Below, piece after piece: positions 59,788-64,000 of a DNA stretch of 64,000 bases; positions within the stretch are counted from its first letter, which is position 1, and each line of letters opens with the position of its first letter. This DNA is from Setoptus koraiensis (lineage: Eukaryota > Animalia > Arthropoda): assembly GCA_048013815.1 (NCBI GenBank), contig CM106586.1, positions 15,748,001 to 15,812,000 of the forward strand, given 5' to 3'. The notes under the pieces are model-generated. The model made no database searches and was not told where the DNA came from. It worked only from the letters and a program-made list of their open reading frames with translations. A program made the position numbers and the translations under genes.

Positions 59788-60312
59788 TTTATATTAATTA
59801 AATAGTGATATGCTATAATATAATTAATGTAAGATTGTATTATTTGAATTAATATAAGATTGCTAAATTTTTGTGAATATAATTAATGGTATTATTGATA
59901 ATAATAGCAATATTGTTGTTAATAGTACAATTGCGTTATATTTTTGCACATAGACGATGGGAATCGGACATTTGAAGGCGCTCTGTAGACTTGCAGTGCA
60001 GGGTTGTCTCGGTTGCACTGACCATGGCTAAGCATCACACATTATGTTCTTTCCCCCTTTGTGTCTATGCGAGCTCAACTCATTCGTCGAATGAGCACAC
60101 ACTCACACACTGCAAACGCACAACTCAATATCATTGCCTTCCCCCGCTGTTGAATCCACAAAACCGTTTCATGGTACGACTAGCGAGAGGTATGCACTGT
60201 GTGTGTGTGTGATTGCAGCCATTTCATTTTCGCCTGCTTCGTCGAACAGCCGCAAGAGGCGCCCGCCGCACTTCAAAATGCGCGTCGGCACCAGGAGTGT
60301 CTCGTCAGGTGC

Positions 60313-60915
60313 AACTCAGATTGTGCTTGCGTGTGCACTTGTCTGCCGTAAGCCGATGCACACAGGTTCATGCACAGAGAATCAAGAAAGCAATGAAGCG
60401 CCGCCCTGGCGGCCTTCGTTAGAACCGTGCGAATCTATGTTGCCAATGAGGCATACAATATACTTCGTAAGCAAGATGGAGACGAGGAGATGTTGACGTT
60501 TACAAAGTTGCACACAGTACTTGTCGTCACGCAATGAGTCATCACAGTCATCGTTGGCCTCAAAACAACACTGCATAGTGCACTGGAACGTCACAGAGAG
60601 CGCTGTTGAGCGCCATTTTCAAATAGCTTCCCCATTTTTTTTTTCTTCTCAACCTTATTTGGGCCTCTGCGGATAAAGTCTATACATCTCAAAATGTTGC
60701 CCTAAAACAACGATGCTTCAACATGATGGTATGCGAGAACGACCTCGTTGATCTCCTTGAGTTAAGTCTCAATTGTAACTCAAATGTAAAGACTTATGAT
60801 GGAAAAACAACGGCCCCTTTCAGGTTGTCCATGGTAGACCGATGCAATTGAATTCTTGCCTGAGTCTTGCCAACGATTCGCTGTTGATGGGCGACCTTCT
60901 GAACAATTTAAAAAA
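60313..60915 (+). pseudogene. Possible decayed BTB-BACK (SPOP-like) gene
   Basis: Ordered weak motifs: NSDC..V....*ADAHRFM (BTB start), EEMLTF, SADKVY....LKQRC......NDLVDLLELS (ADKY..LK..C...N...L.LA), AIEFL.......SEQFKK. Stops at 60349 and 60394. By-eye match only. Confidence 0.4.
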
Positions 60916-63900
60916 CGTATTAATCTATCACTTCCGAGCAAGTGGTAGTCATCGATCCGTCAAGGACTATATTCTTAGACAGGGTCTAGGCGTAGTTTGA
61001 TTTGTTGCCCTCCGCACTATCAAACAGTTGATGACAACTCAAAGACTGGCTTTCGTAGACGTAAACAATTTATATTTGTACGTTATAGGTCATGGTAAAA
61101 ATCAAAACAAACGCAATCTCAATAATTTAGAGCTAATTGGAACAGACACAAATCGCAGATCTGCCCGGCGGAACGATTCTAGGAAGATTCTGATAGTTCT
61201 CAGGAACACAATTCATTTCTGCATCTATCCTGGTGAGGCATTCAAAGGGAATAATCTGCACGACACTTTCCTGATTCGGGCGGACTCTAATTCTGTGTAA
61301 CTCATCAGAACGGAATAGTATCCTCGTGAATAATTCTCCAAATCATACCAAAAACACAGATAAAATTTTCTATAGCGAAACTGCTAACTTCGTTGACAGT
61401 TTTATCGATATACAGACGGATTGTTTGAATAATTTCACCATTACAGTGATTGATATTATTCATGAATTGTATGGGGACAAATTAATAGATAAAGCTTAGA
61501 AATTGTGGCGTCAGCACTTTACTGAATTCAATCAGATTCTGGACGATAATGAATCTGTCGCAATATGGTGGGTGCTCGCATATGTGGTAATGGAATTGAG
61601 GAAGGGTGAAACACTCTTTTGAAGTGGCCAGAGAGTGCTGAGCTAGGCAAAGTGGATATGGTTGATCGGCTAGTAGGTCAGCTAGCATCAGAAAACGACT
61701 CTTGGACGGCAACCTGCGACAATCTACCATGTCACTGATGCAAAAAATAGCAACTTGGAGGCCACAACAAACTTGCATTTGGAATTATTCAAATTTCTAG
61801 GGGCGCTCGAGTTTGCTTTTAGCCGTCAGATTGAATCTTAGGACGAATTGGTTGTCACAGAGCAAAACGAGTACCTCAAAGAATTCAACTCGATTGAGAC
61901 CGATGTCAGTTTCAAGCGGCGCAAAGACAAGATTCTTCGCAATGAATTTGTCGAACTACCTTGAGATTCGGAATTGAACTGAAGATGACGCAAGTTAGGC
62001 AATGGTTTTAATTGATTTACTCTACTGCCCATACAAAACGATTTCATTCTATTCAACACATGGGAGGTATTTCGAGATAGCTATGTATGAAAACAAGCGT
62101 TATGCACAAGATGAAAGATCCATTTTCACTCTAATTTTCTGGTCAATCAACCACCAACCAACTAGATCATAACGGAATACATATCACCAATGAGATGGGG
62201 TCACATAGCGGTCTGGTTGTTTCAGACAGTGGGTTTTTCTAGTCCGTCACAATCATGTGAGGTTCGTTAGAGAAATTGAAAATATCGCCTCTTGGAATGC
62301 CTTCAATTGATTGCACCATAAAATCATTAGCTGATTCTGGGAAACAGTATAAGATTTCTGTCCAGGGTCAGGTAGAGTATATCGGCAGATGATCGCCACA
62401 GCTTGCGAATATTTTCACCATCTACAAGCTACTGTTAGTGCGCAACAATAGTACAATTGATGGTCGAAGGTGTCTCTTTTTTCGCTAGCAACATGCCAGA
62501 TATCGACCTTGATATATTGATTTATGTCAGGCCTTGAACTGACACTTTTGCTTGCACAGCTGAACTCTCTTAATGGCTATCATCATAGTATGTACTTTAC
62601 GTCATCCTTTATTGCCATACGTAAATGCGAGGCAGGAGACACACAAGTTAGTCTATGATACAAGAGTAATGCAATTACCTGTGTTGTACATTTGTATTTT
62701 TAAATAGATTGTTTTGTTATTCAGTTGTTATATTTATATGTCACATAGCATGACATTGAATTTCCCATCTAAAGTTACAATACTACTCACTTGTCAGAGA
62801 TACAAGTTTCACCTGCTTGGCGACTGCTTCAGCAAAAGCAACAATAAAAAGTGTAATATATATATATATATAGCAACGTGTTCGAACCATTACTATCTGA
62901 AAATCCCATTGCATGCAACAAAAACTAAAGAAACCAATTCAAGCTTGCAAAAAAAAAAAATGCGACCACATGTACATTCGATGAATAGCTCGAATAGGAA
63001 TTGTGCGAGTTCACTGTCGAACGGCCCCTGAACATTGACGTTAGGATACGATCGCAACTATTGCGTCTATTTCCTCCTCTAAATACCTCGTGCGTTACAT
63101 GATGTTTTAGTGTTTCATGTTGTGCCTCAATTACTGGTTACGTAACCTTTGTACCAATGTCAACACTAGAGGGCGATACTGGCGGTGACTGTCCCTCTAG
63201 AAACATATATAGAGTGACACTATATATATCCGTTTGTCATGATAGTGTGTCAGTTGGCGGTGAACTTGAGCCTGGCTCATTATAGACCGTTATGGTTACA
63301 TAATTGCATTATTTTATCACGTACATCGGCCAACCAACTCCTAAATAATGTATGGCGGTTGTCTAGCTCGCTTTCATGCAACAATGTTTCAATAAACAAG
63401 AATGATCAAAGAAAAAGATCAGCCGCCAGTAATAATTTATGATGGGCACCTGCTTATCTACATTCGAAGGTTTTAAAATGTACGACCATACCATACCTGT
63501 CATGTTTTAAGTTAATAAGATCTCTAGTGTCACATCTTTGTCATAATCTTGCCAAGTCTGTGCTACCTGTGCTTAGCTGATCACATGAATCGAAGCGTGA
63601 AGTGTTCTTATTTGCACAAAATCTGTCTTGTGCGATCTCTCGAACAAATTCTCTACGCCTTTCATTTTTTTTTTTTGCATTCAGAACTCATTGAGGGAAG
63701 GAACATTTGCGCTCTGTTTGGTCGATGGGAAGCCGCGTTTCCAATTCAGTTGTTATTCGTCACACATCCGGCAATATCTAGCACCCTAATGAAAATCACC
63801 ATTTTGTCACCTCATATGTGTATTGTTTATTTAGCCAGGTATACACTGAATTGGAGACTATCATATCTCTATTCGTAGCTTCGGGCGATTGAATACAACG

Positions 63901-64000
63901 CTACTAGCAATGTTCATGTTGTTGCCAGCTGAAAATTGAGTAGCTCTCAAATCGACGACTCATCAATAATAAGCGCTGGTTGCGCGAATGATATACCCCG

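Overview
Eukaryotic nuclear DNA, animal and arthropod-like. The compact, intron-poor genes and abundant CA/TTG/AAC microsatellites suggest a mite (Acari); this is an inference. Left arm (1-25.6 kb): PQ-loop transporter (PQLC1/SLC66A2-like, cut by the window edge, absent from the ORF track), intronless ubiquitin-RpL40, a 500-N gap, myosin VI (six small spliced exons, then one 3.16-kb exon), a 3-exon N/Q-rich membrane protein of unknown family, and an intronless Mi-2/CHD3-5 remodeller. Middle (about 26.2-50.3 kb): a ~24-kb stretch with no recognisable gene. It is visibly richer in GC, has a strong excess of GGGCCC/GGCC, carries short tandem repeats and a hairpin, and contains two ~2-kb blocks of A/T tracts interleaved with CG. 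Right arm: 4-exon Shaw/Kv3 channel, short intronless Max, a multiply disrupted M14 zinc-carboxypeptidase pseudogene, a 3-exon prion-like protein with a matrin-type zinc finger (antisense-overlapping the pseudogene), and decayed coding relics at 60-62 kb. No tRNA, rRNA, snRNA, CRISPR array or intact transposon was recognised. All alignments and counts were done by eye from remembered family motifs; no searches were run.
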